Of a DNA stretch of 64,000 bases, positions 1-9,563 are shown in pieces. Both the position numbers and the translations under genes were made by a program. The DNA is from an uncultured Gemmatimonadaceae bacterium (GTDB taxonomy: Bacteria; Gemmatimonadota; Gemmatimonadetes; Gemmatimonadales; Gemmatimonadaceae): positions 1,024,001 through 1,088,000 of the forward strand of contig CAVXGK010000001.1 in assembly GCA_963761305.1 (NCBI GenBank), read 5' to 3'. The notes beneath the pieces were generated by a model. The model saw nothing but the letters and a program-made list of their open reading frames with translations, was not told where the DNA came from and made no database searches. The number at the start of each line of letters is the position of its first letter. Positions within the stretch are counted from its first letter, which is position 1.

Positions 1-686
1 CTCTCACCGAGGAGCGCCAGCGACCGCGTGACGTGCTCCTCGTAGTCCGCGCGGCGCTTCACCGCGCGATCGTTCGTGCCGAGGTAGTCGTCGCGGTTGA
101 GCGACAACCCGCCCTGGTTCGCGGAAAGGATGATGATCTTGCTGTTTCGCGGATCGGTGCCTGGGCCAAGCGAGAAGGGCGCGATGCCCCCGCCGCCTCG
201 TCCACCGCCACCACCTCCGCCGCGACCGCCCGCGGTGCCGAACAGCTTCACGATGTCGTCGGTCGTCTTCGCCGCCGCGACGGCGTCGAGCGTCGGCTTG
301 ATCGGCTTGAACCCGGCCTTGTCGAGGGCGACGGTGTCCATGCAGGCGAGGTAGTACGTGCCGATCTTGTAGTCGTTCGATCCGGCTTTGGCTTCGCCGT
401 CGTTGACCAGGTTCGCGTCATCGACGACGATCTTCTCGACGACCTCCTGATTCTTGTCGCCGAGCATGCCGAAACTGCCGAGGTTGGTTTTCGTCGGCGG
501 GATGGTGTGAGTCTTGAGCCACGTGCCGTTGGCGAATTCATAGAAGTCGGTGCATGGCGCGCAGGTCGTGTCGAGATTGGCGCGGTCGAGCACGTGCGAC
601 GCGCCGGGTTTCTGAGCGACGGCGACGGATGACGCGACGGCTGCGAGCAGGATCGCGCCAAGGTGAAGGCGGGAACGAACGAGCAT
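1..686 (-). CDS. M13 family metallopeptidase (neprilysin/PepO-like), N-terminal part; runs off the window start
   Basis: Not in the ORF track. Manual translation from ATG at 686 gives a signal peptide, then LDRANLDTTCAPCTDFYEFANGTWL...KIGTYYLACMD...QGGLSL, typical of the M13 N-domain. HEXXH would lie outside the window. Confidence 0.9.
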   Translation of the reverse strand, partial: MLVRSRLHLGAILLAAVASSVAVAQKPGASHVLDRANLDTTCAPCTDFYEFANGTWLKTHTIPPTKTNLGSFGMLGDKNQEVVEKIVVDDANLVNDGEAKAGSNDYKIGTYYLACMDTVALDKAGFKPIKPTLDAVAAAKTTDDIVKLFGTAGGRGGGGGGGRGGGGIAPFSLGPGTDPRNSKIIILSANQGGLSLNRDDYLGTNDRAVKRRADYEEHVTRSLALLGE

Positions 687-879
687 GGAGTCCTCGGGAA
701 GGGCGGAACGAATCGATCTCTCTCTTTGAGCTTACGCGCCCGCACGCTCCGCTGCTGCGCGCCTCCCGGCGCCCTGCTTCGCCTTTGCGACCTGGATCCC
801 GGGATCGCCCCGCTGCTGCGTCCCCGCGGCGCGCCAGGGCCGCCTCGACACCGGCGCGGCGAGCGACGCATCCTAGTAG

Positions 880-2109
880 ATGCCCGCGCCCCAGACATCG
901 ACGGTCGCCGATCGAATCGCCGCGTACAACGCCGGCCGAAACCCGCGGCGGCTCGACCGAAAGTATCGCCTGATGCGCCTCGATCCGTTCATTTTCTATC
1001 GCGGCACGGCACACCTCTACTGGGAAGACTGGGGGCAGCGCGCGTCGCGATTGCCGAAGAGCCCCTCCACCTGGGCTTGCGGCGATCTTCACCTCGAGAA
1101 CTTCGGCAGCTACCTCGGCGACAACCGCCTCGTCTACTTCGATCTCAACGATTTCGACGAGGCGGCGCTCGCGCCGGCGACAGCCGACCTCACTCGTCTC
1201 TTGGCGAGCCTTCGGCTCGCCGCCGGCGCCCTGCACCTCGACGACCCCGAGGCTGCTGAGCTGAGCGAAGGGCTGCTCGTCGCGTACTGCGACGCGCTCG
1301 CGTCGGGGAAGGCACGCTGGGTCGAGCGGCCGACGGCACGCGGCATGGTGCGCGACCTTCTGCTGACCGCGCGCGAACGCGGGCCGACCTCGCTCCTAGA
1401 GCGCCGCACGATCGTCGAGGACGGCCGTCGCCGGCTGCGCATCGACGACGAACGCGCCGAAGCGCTGGCGCCGCGGGAGCGCGCGGCGGTGACGCAGCAT
1501 CTCGCCGAGTTCGTGGAGTCGATGGCCAAGACGCAGGACCAGGCGAAGTTCTACCGCCTCATCGACGTCGCCGCGCGCATCGCCGGCACGGGCAGTCTGG
1601 GTCTTCGCCGCTACGTGGCGCTCGTGCGTGGCCGCGGCGGAGAAGACGGCCGCGTGCTGCTCGACCTCAAACAGGTGCGTCCCTCCGTCATGGCGAAGTA
1701 CGTCGGCGTGCCGCAGCCGGCGTGGAAATCCGACGCGCACCGCGTGGTCGAGATCCAATGGCGGATGCAGGCCATCTCACCCGCGCTGCTCGCACCGGTG
1801 AGCTTCGGCAAGACCAACTACATCCTGCGCGAGCTTCAACCCACGGAGGACCGCCTCGCGCTCGCGCACTGGAATGGAAAACTCTCGCGGCTGCGAAAGG
1901 TGGTCGTGACGATGGGAGAGACGCTGGCGTGGGCGCAGCTGCGATCGGCCTCGCGGCAGGGCGCCGACGGCATCGACGCGCTCATCACGTTCGGCCGCGC
2001 GCACAACTGGCGCGAGTCGGTGCTCGAATACGCGAGGTTCTACGCCAACAGGACGGTCCGCTACTGGCGCGAATTCAAGCGCTCGAGCCTCGGCGCCGAG
2101 TCCGGTTGA
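880..2109 (+). CDS. DUF2252 family protein (kinase-like fold)
   Basis: Motifs PFIFYRGTA, CGDLHLENFG, FDLNDFDEA, GTGSLGLRRY, LDLKQ. Confidence 0.88.
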   Translation: MPAPQTSTVADRIAAYNAGRNPRRLDRKYRLMRLDPFIFYRGTAHLYWEDWGQRASRLPKSPSTWACGDLHLENFGSYLGDNRLVYFDLNDFDEAALAPATADLTRLLASLRLAAGALHLDDPEAAELSEGLLVAYCDALASGKARWVERPTARGMVRDLLLTARERGPTSLLERRTIVEDGRRRLRIDDERAEALAPRERAAVTQHLAEFVESMAKTQDQAKFYRLIDVAARIAGTGSLGLRRYVALVRGRGGEDGRVLLDLKQVRPSVMAKYVGVPQPAWKSDAHRVVEIQWRMQAISPALLAPVSFGKTNYILRELQPTEDRLALAHWNGKLSRLRKVVVTMGETLAWAQLRSASRQGADGIDALITFGRAHNWRESVLEYARFYANRTVRYWREFKRSSLGAESG

Positions 2110-2136
2110 CGTCCTGGCGGGCCCTATTGGCTCTCA

Positions 2137-2155
2137 CATCTTGACGTTCAAGATG
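2137..2155. promoter_or_regulatory. Palindrome CATCTTGA-cgt-TCAAGATG, putative PadR operator
   Basis: Perfect 8-bp arms about 40 bp upstream of the padR start; the role is inferred. Confidence 0.6.
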
Positions 2156-2196
2156 ACGACGGGCTATCGTGGAGGCACACGCCACCGGACGCGATC

Positions 2197-2535
2197 ATGG
2201 ATCAGCCGCCGAACACGGACGTCATCCAGGGCACGCTCGACCTGCTCATCCTGAAGACGCTGAGTCTCCAGCCGATGCACGGTTTCGGGATCGCGCGGCG
2301 CGTCGAGCAGATCTCGCGCGGCGTGTTCAAGGTGAATCCGGGTTCCTTGCTGGTCGCGCTGCAACGTCTCGAGCGACAGGGTTGGCTCGACACCGAGTGG
2401 CGGCAGACGGAGAACTCGCGACGCGCGAAGTTCTACGAGCTCACGCGCGCGGGCCGCAAACAGCTCGAGCTCGAGGCGGCGGATTGGCGCCGTCGCGCCA
2501 CCGCTGTCGCGCGTCTCCTCAACGCGGAGGGCTAG
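2197..2535 (+). CDS. PadR family transcriptional regulator (acidobacterial type)
   Basis: QGTLDLLILKTL...HGFGIA...GSLLVALQRLE...W...ENSRRAKFYELT..G. Confidence 0.95.
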   Translation: MDQPPNTDVIQGTLDLLILKTLSLQPMHGFGIARRVEQISRGVFKVNPGSLLVALQRLERQGWLDTEWRQTENSRRAKFYELTRAGRKQLELEAADWRRRATAVARLLNAEG

Positions 2536-2537
2536 CC

Positions 2538-5189
2538 ATGTCCCTCTGGCGACAACTGACCCGCGGACTGCGGGCGCTCGCGCACCGCCGGAAGACCGAC
2601 GCCGAGTTGAGCGACGAGGTGCGCGACTATCTCGACCGCGCCGCCGACGCGAACGTCGCGCGCGGCATGTCGCGCAGCGCCGCGTATCGCGCGGCGCGCG
2701 TCGAGGTGGGAAATCCGACCGTCGCGCGCGAGCGCGTGCGCGACGCCGGATGGGAACGCTCCGTCGAGACGTTGATGGCCGACCTGCGCTACGGCCTGCG
2801 GCGATTGCGCACGAACCCGGGCTTCACCGCCGTCAGCGCGATCACGCTCGCCCTCGGCATCGGCGCGACGACGGTCATCTTCAGCGCGATCAACCCGATC
2901 CTCTTCAAGTCGCTGCCGTATCCGAACGCCGAGCGCGTGCTCCTGGTGTCCGACGCGGCCAACAACGGCACGCCCGAGCCGATCACGTTCGGCACGTACC
3001 GCGAGATCTTGCTGCGCAACCACTCGTTCACCGCGCTCGCGCCGTTCAAGCCATGGCAACCAACGCTCGAAGGCGGCGCCGAACCGGAGCGACTCGTCGG
3101 GCAAGCCGTGGGCGCCGACTATTTCAAGACGCTCGGCGTGCTCCCGGTTCGTGGACGCGACTTCACCGCGGCGGACGATCGCGACGGCGGGCCGCGGCTC
3201 GCGATCATCAGCGACGCGCTCTGGCGTCGCCGGCTCGGCGCGGATCCGTCCATCGTCGGACGCACGGTCAGACTCGACGACGATCCGTATCTCGTGGTCG
3301 GCGTGATGCCGCCGAGGTTCGAGAACGTTCCGGACGCGAACGTCGAGATCTGGTGTCCGCTTCAATACAGAACGGCGTTCACGCCCGACTCGCGGGAGTG
3401 GGGACACCATTTGGCGCTCGTGGGAAGGGCGCGACCGGGCGTCGATCTCGCGGCGGCGCGGGCGGATCTCAGCGCCATCGCTCGCGCACCGCGAGCCGAC
3501 ATGCCACGGGTGCCGTGGGCGTCGCTCACGGCGGGGCTCCTCGTCACGTCGCTCCAGGACGGCGTCGCGCGCGACGTGCGGCCGGCGCTGCTCGCCGTGT
3601 TCGCGGCGGTGCTCGTGCTTCTCATCATCGCGTGCGTCAACGTGACGAATCTTCTCCTGGCCCGCGGCGCGCAACGGCGCGGCGAGTTCGCGCTGCGCGC
3701 CGCGCTCGGCGCCGAACGCTCGCGGCTGGTGCGACAGTTGATCACCGAGAGCATGATGCTGTCGCTCTTCGGCGGCGCGCTCGGCATGCTCGTGGCGGTC
3801 GTGGGATTGCGCGCGTTCGTCGCGTTGAGCCCCGTCGGGCTGCCTCGCCTGGCGACGATGCACGTCGACGCGACGGCGCTCCTGTTCGGCGTCGTCGTGA
3901 CGAGCGTCATCGGCCTCGTGGTCGGTGTGTTGCCGGCCATCCACGCGTCGCGCGAGGATCTGCACGCCGGGATTCAGGAGACGTCGCGTCGTTCCGTCGG
4001 TGATCACCACGTGACACGTCGAGTGCTCGTCGTGGCCGAGGTGGCGCTGTCGCTCGTGCTGCTCGTGAGCGCGGGGCTGCTGCTGCGAAGTCTCGAGCGC
4101 GTGTTCGCGGTGAACGTCGGCTTCGATGCGTCCCACATCGTCACGATGCAGGTGCAGCTCACCGGCCATCGATTCGACGACGACGCGGCCAGAATGCGGT
4201 TCCTCGACGATGCGCTCGCCGCCGTTCGCCGCGTGCCCGGCGTGAGCGCCGCGGGCTTCACGCAACAGCTGCCGCTGAGCGGCGACATGGACGTCTACGG
4301 TGTGCATCTCGAACGCACCGCCGACCCCAAGGATGACGGCGCTGCTCTTCGCTACGGCGTGACGCCAGACTATTTCGCGACGATGCGCATTCCGCTCGTG
4401 CGCGGCCGCTTGCTCGACGCGCACGATATTGCCGGAGCGCCGCGCGCGGTGGTGATCAACGAGAGCTTCGCGCGCGCGGAGTTCGGCAAGGACGACCCCA
4501 TCGGGCAGCGCATGCAGATCGGCCCGAAGGAAGGTCAGCCTTATACGATCGTCGGTATCGTGGGGGACGTGAAGCAGCAGATCGACGCGCTCGACAATCG
4601 CTACGCCGTGTACACGACGCCGTCGCAGTGGCATTGGGTGGACAACCTCGTGTCGCTCGTCGTGCGCACGCAAAGTACGAACGACGCGGCGACGCTGGCG
4701 ACCTCGGTGCGCGGCGCGATCTGGTCTGTTGATGGGAATCAGGCGGTCGCGCGCGTAGCCACCATGTCGGCGCTCGTGTCGACGGCCACCGCGGGACGCC
4801 GGTTCGCGCTCGTGCTGTTCGAGGTGTTCGGCGTCGCCGCGCTCGTGCTGGCGGCGGTGGGGATCTATGGCGTGCTCTCCGGCAGCGTGACCGAACGCAT
4901 TCGCGAGATCGGCGTGCGGGCCGCGATGGGCGCGTCGCCGCGCGACATCGTCTCGCTCATCGTCGGCCAAGGTCTGCGGTTGACGTTGGTCGGTGTCGCG
5001 ATCGGATTAGCCGGAGCCGCGGTGGCGACGCGGGGACTCGTCACGATGTTGTTCGGTGTCACCCGCCTCGATCCGGCGACATACGGCGCCGTCATTGTCT
5101 TGCTGGTCGCGGTCTCGGCAGTCGCGTGCTCGGTGCCCGCGTGGCGAGCCGCCCGCATCGATCCGTCGATCACACTCCGCTCCGAGTAA
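2538..5189 (+). CDS. ADOP-family duplicated ABC permease (MacB-PCD/FtsX x2) with N-terminal prefix domain
   Basis: ATG 2 bp after the padR stop; TLALGIGATTVIFS, IACVNVTNLLL, EFALRAALGA, EIGVRAAMGA, PAWRAARIDP. Confidence 0.93.
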   Translation: MSLWRQLTRGLRALAHRRKTDAELSDEVRDYLDRAADANVARGMSRSAAYRAARVEVGNPTVARERVRDAGWERSVETLMADLRYGLRRLRTNPGFTAVSAITLALGIGATTVIFSAINPILFKSLPYPNAERVLLVSDAANNGTPEPITFGTYREILLRNHSFTALAPFKPWQPTLEGGAEPERLVGQAVGADYFKTLGVLPVRGRDFTAADDRDGGPRLAIISDALWRRRLGADPSIVGRTVRLDDDPYLVVGVMPPRFENVPDANVEIWCPLQYRTAFTPDSREWGHHLALVGRARPGVDLAAARADLSAIARAPRADMPRVPWASLTAGLLVTSLQDGVARDVRPALLAVFAAVLVLLIIACVNVTNLLLARGAQRRGEFALRAALGAERSRLVRQLITESMMLSLFGGALGMLVAVVGLRAFVALSPVGLPRLATMHVDATALLFGVVVTSVIGLVVGVLPAIHASREDLHAGIQETSRRSVGDHHVTRRVLVVAEVALSLVLLVSAGLLLRSLERVFAVNVGFDASHIVTMQVQLTGHRFDDDAARMRFLDDALAAVRRVPGVSAAGFTQQLPLSGDMDVYGVHLERTADPKDDGAALRYGVTPDYFATMRIPLVRGRLLDAHDIAGAPRAVVINESFARAEFGKDDPIGQRMQIGPKEGQPYTIVGIVGDVKQQIDALDNRYAVYTTPSQWHWVDNLVSLVVRTQSTNDAATLATSVRGAIWSVDGNQAVARVATMSALVSTATAGRRFALVLFEVFGVAALVLAAVGIYGVLSGSVTERIREIGVRAAMGASPRDIVSLIVGQGLRLTLVGVAIGLAGAAVATRGLVTMLFGVTRLDPATYGAVIVLLVAVSAVACSVPAWRAARIDPSITLRSE

Positions 5190-5207
5190 CTGCACCAAGA
5201 CTGTAGG

Positions 5208-5396
5208 AACTGCAACTGGTTCGACGCAGAGACGCAGAGGATGCAGAGAACTGCGAAGGGCCTTTTTGAGGAACGCCCTCGGGACGCCACTACGTAGCAG
5301 GCCCGAGGTCTTTCCCAAGAGTCTTTTGCCGTTGGCAGTTGGGTTTTCTCTGCGTCTCTGGGGTCTCTGCGCCTCTGCGTCGAGCAGTTCCAGTTG
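5208..5396. repeat. Long imperfect palindromic intergenic element, copy 1
   Basis: Left arm AACTGCAACTGGTTCGACGCAGAGACGCAGAG pairs with right arm CTCTGCGCCTCTGCGTCGAGCAGTTCCAGTT; inner CTCGGG...CCCGAG stem. Confidence 0.85.
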
Positions 5397-5588
5397 CCAA
5401 TCGAAGAGCGCGGCACGCTCCTAAGGGAACCCGTATGAGTTCTCTCGGGCTGTTTGTGTCGCCGGCAACCTCCGCGCGAGTCGGCGTGTCCAACCGTCCA
5501 ATCTGAAACAAGAACGCGTCTCGCACGGTATGGCCGGTGTGAGTCTGGCGCGGTCCGCTGGCGACGCAACCCTCACTCGTCCCCTCAA

Positions 5589-8500
5589 ATGCCCCTCTGG
5601 ACCGCAGTGCGGCGAATGTTCGCCTCTGCTACGCTCGTGCTGGCCGCAATTGCGCCGTCGGTCGCCGCCCAGCAGCAGACGGAGACGCTGACGGGAACGG
5701 TTCGCAGCGACAGCGGGGGCGTCATCGGAAATGCGGTCGTCACGGCTACGCCGGCGGGCGCCGGTGCCACGGCATCGGTCACCACGAGATCGAACACCGT
5801 TGGCCGCTGGACGATCGTGATGCCGGCCCGCGCCACCGACTACTACGTGACGGTGAGCGCGATCGGTTGGATCCAGCAGCGCCTCGACCTGAAGTCGAAT
5901 GGGGGGACTTCGCCGATCGTCGCCGACGTTTCGCTCAAGCGCGCGCCGGTCCGCCTCAATCCTGTTCAGGTCACTGCGGCGAAACGGCCTCCCGCGCAGC
6001 GTGAGTTTCTGATTGGAGCCGACGTTGCCGGCACGGAGAAAGGAGTGCTCGCCTCCTCCGAGGTGTTCGCCGTTGCGGATCAGGGCGATCTCATGGCGAT
6101 GATCTCGCAGGTGCCGGGCATCACGGTCACTTCCGACCCGAGCACCGGACTCCCGACGTTCTCCGCGCTCGGGTTGTCGGGGTCGCAGAACAACATCGTG
6201 CTGAACGGACTGTCGTACGGCGGCAGCGACATTCCACGAGACATCAACGGCGCCGTTCGCGTGACGGCCACGCCGTACGACGTGTCGCGCGGCGGATTCA
6301 GCGGCGCGCAGCTCTCGGTCACCCAAGCGCCGGGCAGCAACTTCTCACAGCGCCTCGCGCACGTCACGCTCGACGGTCCGGAGATGCAGTTCACCGACCA
6401 CGTCGGGCAGCAGCTTGGCCAGCAATACTCCAACGTGCAGCTGAGCGGCAACGTCACCGGTCCGATCGTGTATGATCGCGTCTTCTACAACGTGTCGTTT
6501 CAGGGCGGCCGGCGATCGAGCGACCTCGCGTCATTGCTGAGCAGCGACCCATCGACATTGCTCCGACTCGGACTCGCGCAGGACTCCGTGCGCGAGGTGG
6601 TAGCCGGCGCGCAGGACGCCGGCATTCCCATATCGAACGGCGGCATTCCCGACCATCGGCAGACGGAGAACGGATCCGTCCTCGCGCGATTCGACTGGAC
6701 TCCGTCCGATGCCGCGCAGGGCAGCCTCGTCACGTCGCTGCGCACGAACCGAACGGTTGCGAATTTCGTCGGGCCGACCGCGGTGCCGGGACACGGCGGC
6801 GACCAGACTCGAAACGGCGGCGACGTCACCGGCGAATTCTCGGCGCTGATTCACTCGGCGATCCTGAACGACACGCGCTTCGGGGCGCACGCCGACGTCA
6901 CCAATGCGACGCCGTACACGAACTTGCCCGACGCGCAGGTGCTCGTGACCTCGCAGCTGGCCGACGGGACGACCGGACTCACGTCGCTGCTCGTGGGCGG
7001 AAACTCGTCGTTGCCGCGCGACACGCGCGTCTCGGGCGGCGAATTCTTCAATCAGACGTCGTGGAATTCCATCGACGGCGCGCACCATTGGCGCGCGACG
7101 GTGAACGGCCGGCTGGATCACCTGTTTCAGAATTCCGGATTCGACACGCGCGGCAGCTTCCAGTACAACTCGATCGCCGATCTCGACGCGAATCACCCCG
7201 CCGCGTTCTCGCGCGCCTTCGTCTCGCACGGCATCGGCGCCGACGTTCAGACCGGCGCGCTCGCCTTGGGCGATCAGTGGACGGCGCTCGATCGATTGCG
7301 CCTGACGTACGGCCTGCGCCTCGACGCGAATCGCATTCCGACGTCGCTGCCGTACAACGGCGCGGTGGACAGCGTCTTCCACGTTCGCACCGACTTCGCG
7401 CCCAGCGGGGCGGCGGTGAGTCCGCGCGCGAGTTTTCAGTGGGGGTTCGGTAACAACGGCACGACCGGCATCCCCGGCTACGGAGCACCCTGGGGACTTC
7501 TCACCGGCGGCTTCGGCGAATTTCGTAACGATCTGCGTCCCGGCCTGATCACTCCGGTTCTCGCCAACGACGGTCTCGCCGACGGCACGAGTCAGTTGCT
7601 CTGCATCGGCGCCGCGGTGCCGACACCGAACTACGCCGCCTACATGCAGGATCCGTCGTCCATTCCCACGTCGTGCGCGGCCGGAACGAATCCGTCGTTC
7701 GTGAGCAGTCAACCGAACGTCTGGCTCATCGATCCGAGTTTCCAGTCGCAGCGAAGCTGGCGCGGCAACCTGGGCTTGCGCGGTCCGTTCATCACGAAAC
7801 TCTTCCGCTTTTCCGCCGACGTGACCTACTCGCTCAACGTGCACCAGCAGTCGGCCGTCGATCTGAACTTCGTGCCGGCGGTCCGCGGGGTGCTGGCATC
7901 CGAAGGAGACCGGCCGGTCTTTGCGTCGTCGTCCAGCATCGTGACCGCGACCGGGCAGGTGACCAACGTAGACTCTCGGTTCTCGCCGCAGTTCGGCAGC
8001 GTGAACGCGCTGCGTTCGGATCTCCAGTCGCACAGCACGCAGTACACGTTCGCCATCAACCCGATCGGGTTGAGCACGCAGCGCGTGCGGTGGTCGGCGT
8101 CATACACGTACGCGGACAATCGCGAGCAGACCCGCGGCTTCAGCAGCACGACCGCCGGCAATCCGTTGACGGTGGAGTGGTCTCCGAACGGAACGCAGCC
8201 GCGGCACGCCGTCAACATCAATCTCTACACGCGGATCCACGATCTCTTTTCGATCGCCGTCACGGGACGCGCCGTGTCCGGCACGCTGTTCACACCCGTC
8301 GTCGCCGGCGACATCAACGGCGACGGCCTGTCGAACGACCGCGCGTTCATCTTCAATCCGGCGACGGCGTCGCCGAGCCTCGCGGCGGGAATGAATTCAC
8401 TGTTGGCGAACGCGTCGCCGCGCGTGCGGTCGTGTCTCACGCGGCAGTACGGCGCGGTCGCCGGCCGCAACAGCTGCGCGGGACCATGGACCGCGACGGC

Positions 8501-9266
8501 CGCCGCGTCGCTCGTGCTCAATCCGGAGAGGCTCGGCTGGGAGAACCGCACGAGCATCTCGCTGAACGTTTCGAATCCGCTCGCCGGCGTCGACGAACTC
8601 CTCCATGGCGCGTCGCACATGCAGGGGTGGGGGCAGCCGGCGAGTCCCGATCCGACGCTGCTTCGCGTGAAGGGCTACGACCCGACGACGGCGTCGTACA
8701 TCTACGACGTGAACCAGCGCTTCGGCGACACGCGGCTTTCGACGTCCAGCATCCGGCTTCCGTTCATCATCAGCCTCGAGGCGCGCGTGCTCCTCATGGC
8801 GGATCAGGACCACCAGGGCGTGGACCAGATCGTCGGCGCGGGACGCGTTCACAAGGGCACCAAGCTCACCGGCCCGCAGCTGCGCGCCCGGCTTGGGAAC
8901 ACGGTGTTCAATCCGCTGCGGGGCATCCTCCAGGTGAAGGACTCGCTCAGCGTGTTGAGCCAGGCGCAGATCGATCGACTCACGCTCCTGCAGCGACGGC
9001 TTCAGGCCCGGCAGGACACGATCTGGGCACCGATCGTCGCATGGATCGATTCACTGCCCGAGGTCTACGACCGTGAGGCCGTGGTCGTCCGCGTGCGAGA
9101 CGGCCGCATCGCCGCGTACGACGTCATGGTCGACGCGATGGTCGAGGTTTCGAAGATTCTCACGCCCGAACAGATCGACGATTTCCCGCCGGCGCTGCGA
9201 TCGTCATTCGACCTCGAAGCGCTCAAAGCGAACCGACCGACGAAAGGGTTTTTCCCGAACTACTAG
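5589..9266 (+). CDS. Oar-like TonB-dependent outer-membrane receptor with carboxypeptidase-regulatory domain and C-terminal helical extension
   Basis: Signal peptide; TLTGTVRS..G..I.NA.V; plug-like NNIVLNG...YDVSRGGFSG; barrel strands LTYGLRLD and GDINGDG.SND. Start codon uncertain (5589 or 5616). Confidence 0.8.
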   Translation: MPLWTAVRRMFASATLVLAAIAPSVAAQQQTETLTGTVRSDSGGVIGNAVVTATPAGAGATASVTTRSNTVGRWTIVMPARATDYYVTVSAIGWIQQRLDLKSNGGTSPIVADVSLKRAPVRLNPVQVTAAKRPPAQREFLIGADVAGTEKGVLASSEVFAVADQGDLMAMISQVPGITVTSDPSTGLPTFSALGLSGSQNNIVLNGLSYGGSDIPRDINGAVRVTATPYDVSRGGFSGAQLSVTQAPGSNFSQRLAHVTLDGPEMQFTDHVGQQLGQQYSNVQLSGNVTGPIVYDRVFYNVSFQGGRRSSDLASLLSSDPSTLLRLGLAQDSVREVVAGAQDAGIPISNGGIPDHRQTENGSVLARFDWTPSDAAQGSLVTSLRTNRTVANFVGPTAVPGHGGDQTRNGGDVTGEFSALIHSAILNDTRFGAHADVTNATPYTNLPDAQVLVTSQLADGTTGLTSLLVGGNSSLPRDTRVSGGEFFNQTSWNSIDGAHHWRATVNGRLDHLFQNSGFDTRGSFQYNSIADLDANHPAAFSRAFVSHGIGADVQTGALALGDQWTALDRLRLTYGLRLDANRIPTSLPYNGAVDSVFHVRTDFAPSGAAVSPRASFQWGFGNNGTTGIPGYGAPWGLLTGGFGEFRNDLRPGLITPVLANDGLADGTSQLLCIGAAVPTPNYAAYMQDPSSIPTSCAAGTNPSFVSSQPNVWLIDPSFQSQRSWRGNLGLRGPFITKLFRFSADVTYSLNVHQQSAVDLNFVPAVRGVLASEGDRPVFASSSSIVTATGQVTNVDSRFSPQFGSVNALRSDLQSHSTQYTFAINPIGLSTQRVRWSASYTYADNREQTRGFSSTTAGNPLTVEWSPNGTQPRHAVNINLYTRIHDLFSIAVTGRAVSGTLFTPVVAGDINGDGLSNDRAFIFNPATASPSLAAGMNSLLANASPRVRSCLTRQYGAVAGRNSCAGPWTATAAASLVLNPERLGWENRTSISLNVSNPLAGVDELLHGASHMQGWGQPASPDPTLLRVKGYDPTTASYIYDVNQRFGDTRLSTSSIRLPFIISLEARVLLMADQDHQGVDQIVGAGRVHKGTKLTGPQLRARLGNTVFNPLRGILQVKDSLSVLSQAQIDRLTLLQRRLQARQDTIWAPIVAWIDSLPEVYDREAVVVRVRDGRIAAYDVMVDAMVEVSKILTPEQIDDFPPALRSSFDLEALKANRPTKGFFPNY

Positions 9267-9277
9267 GACTCTTAAGA

Positions 9278-9547
9278 AACTGCAACTGCATTGACGCAGA
9301 GACGCAGAGGACAACCACAAGCTGTCGCGCAACGAGCCGGGATGTTTTTGTGAACAGCCGCTCAGGAAGCTACGACGGGCCGGCAAAGCCCGCTTGCTTC
9401 GTGATGCACCCCGACCGGCAGTTCCCCCAAGAATCCCGGCTCGTGGTGCAATGGACCCCTCTCCGTTGTTGTTCTCTGCGTTCTCTGCGTTCTCTGCGTT
9501 CTCTGCGTCTGCGTTGAGCGGTTGCAGTTGTAGTTGCCGTTGCGGTT
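9278..9547. repeat. Long imperfect palindromic intergenic element, copy 2
   Basis: AACTGCAACTGCATTGACGCAGAGACGCAGAG left arm; (TTCTCTGCG)x4 in the right arm; inner CGAGCCGGGAT...ATCCCGGCTCG stem; lies between convergent genes. Confidence 0.85.
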
Positions 9548-9563
9548 GTGAGCGGAGTCGTCC

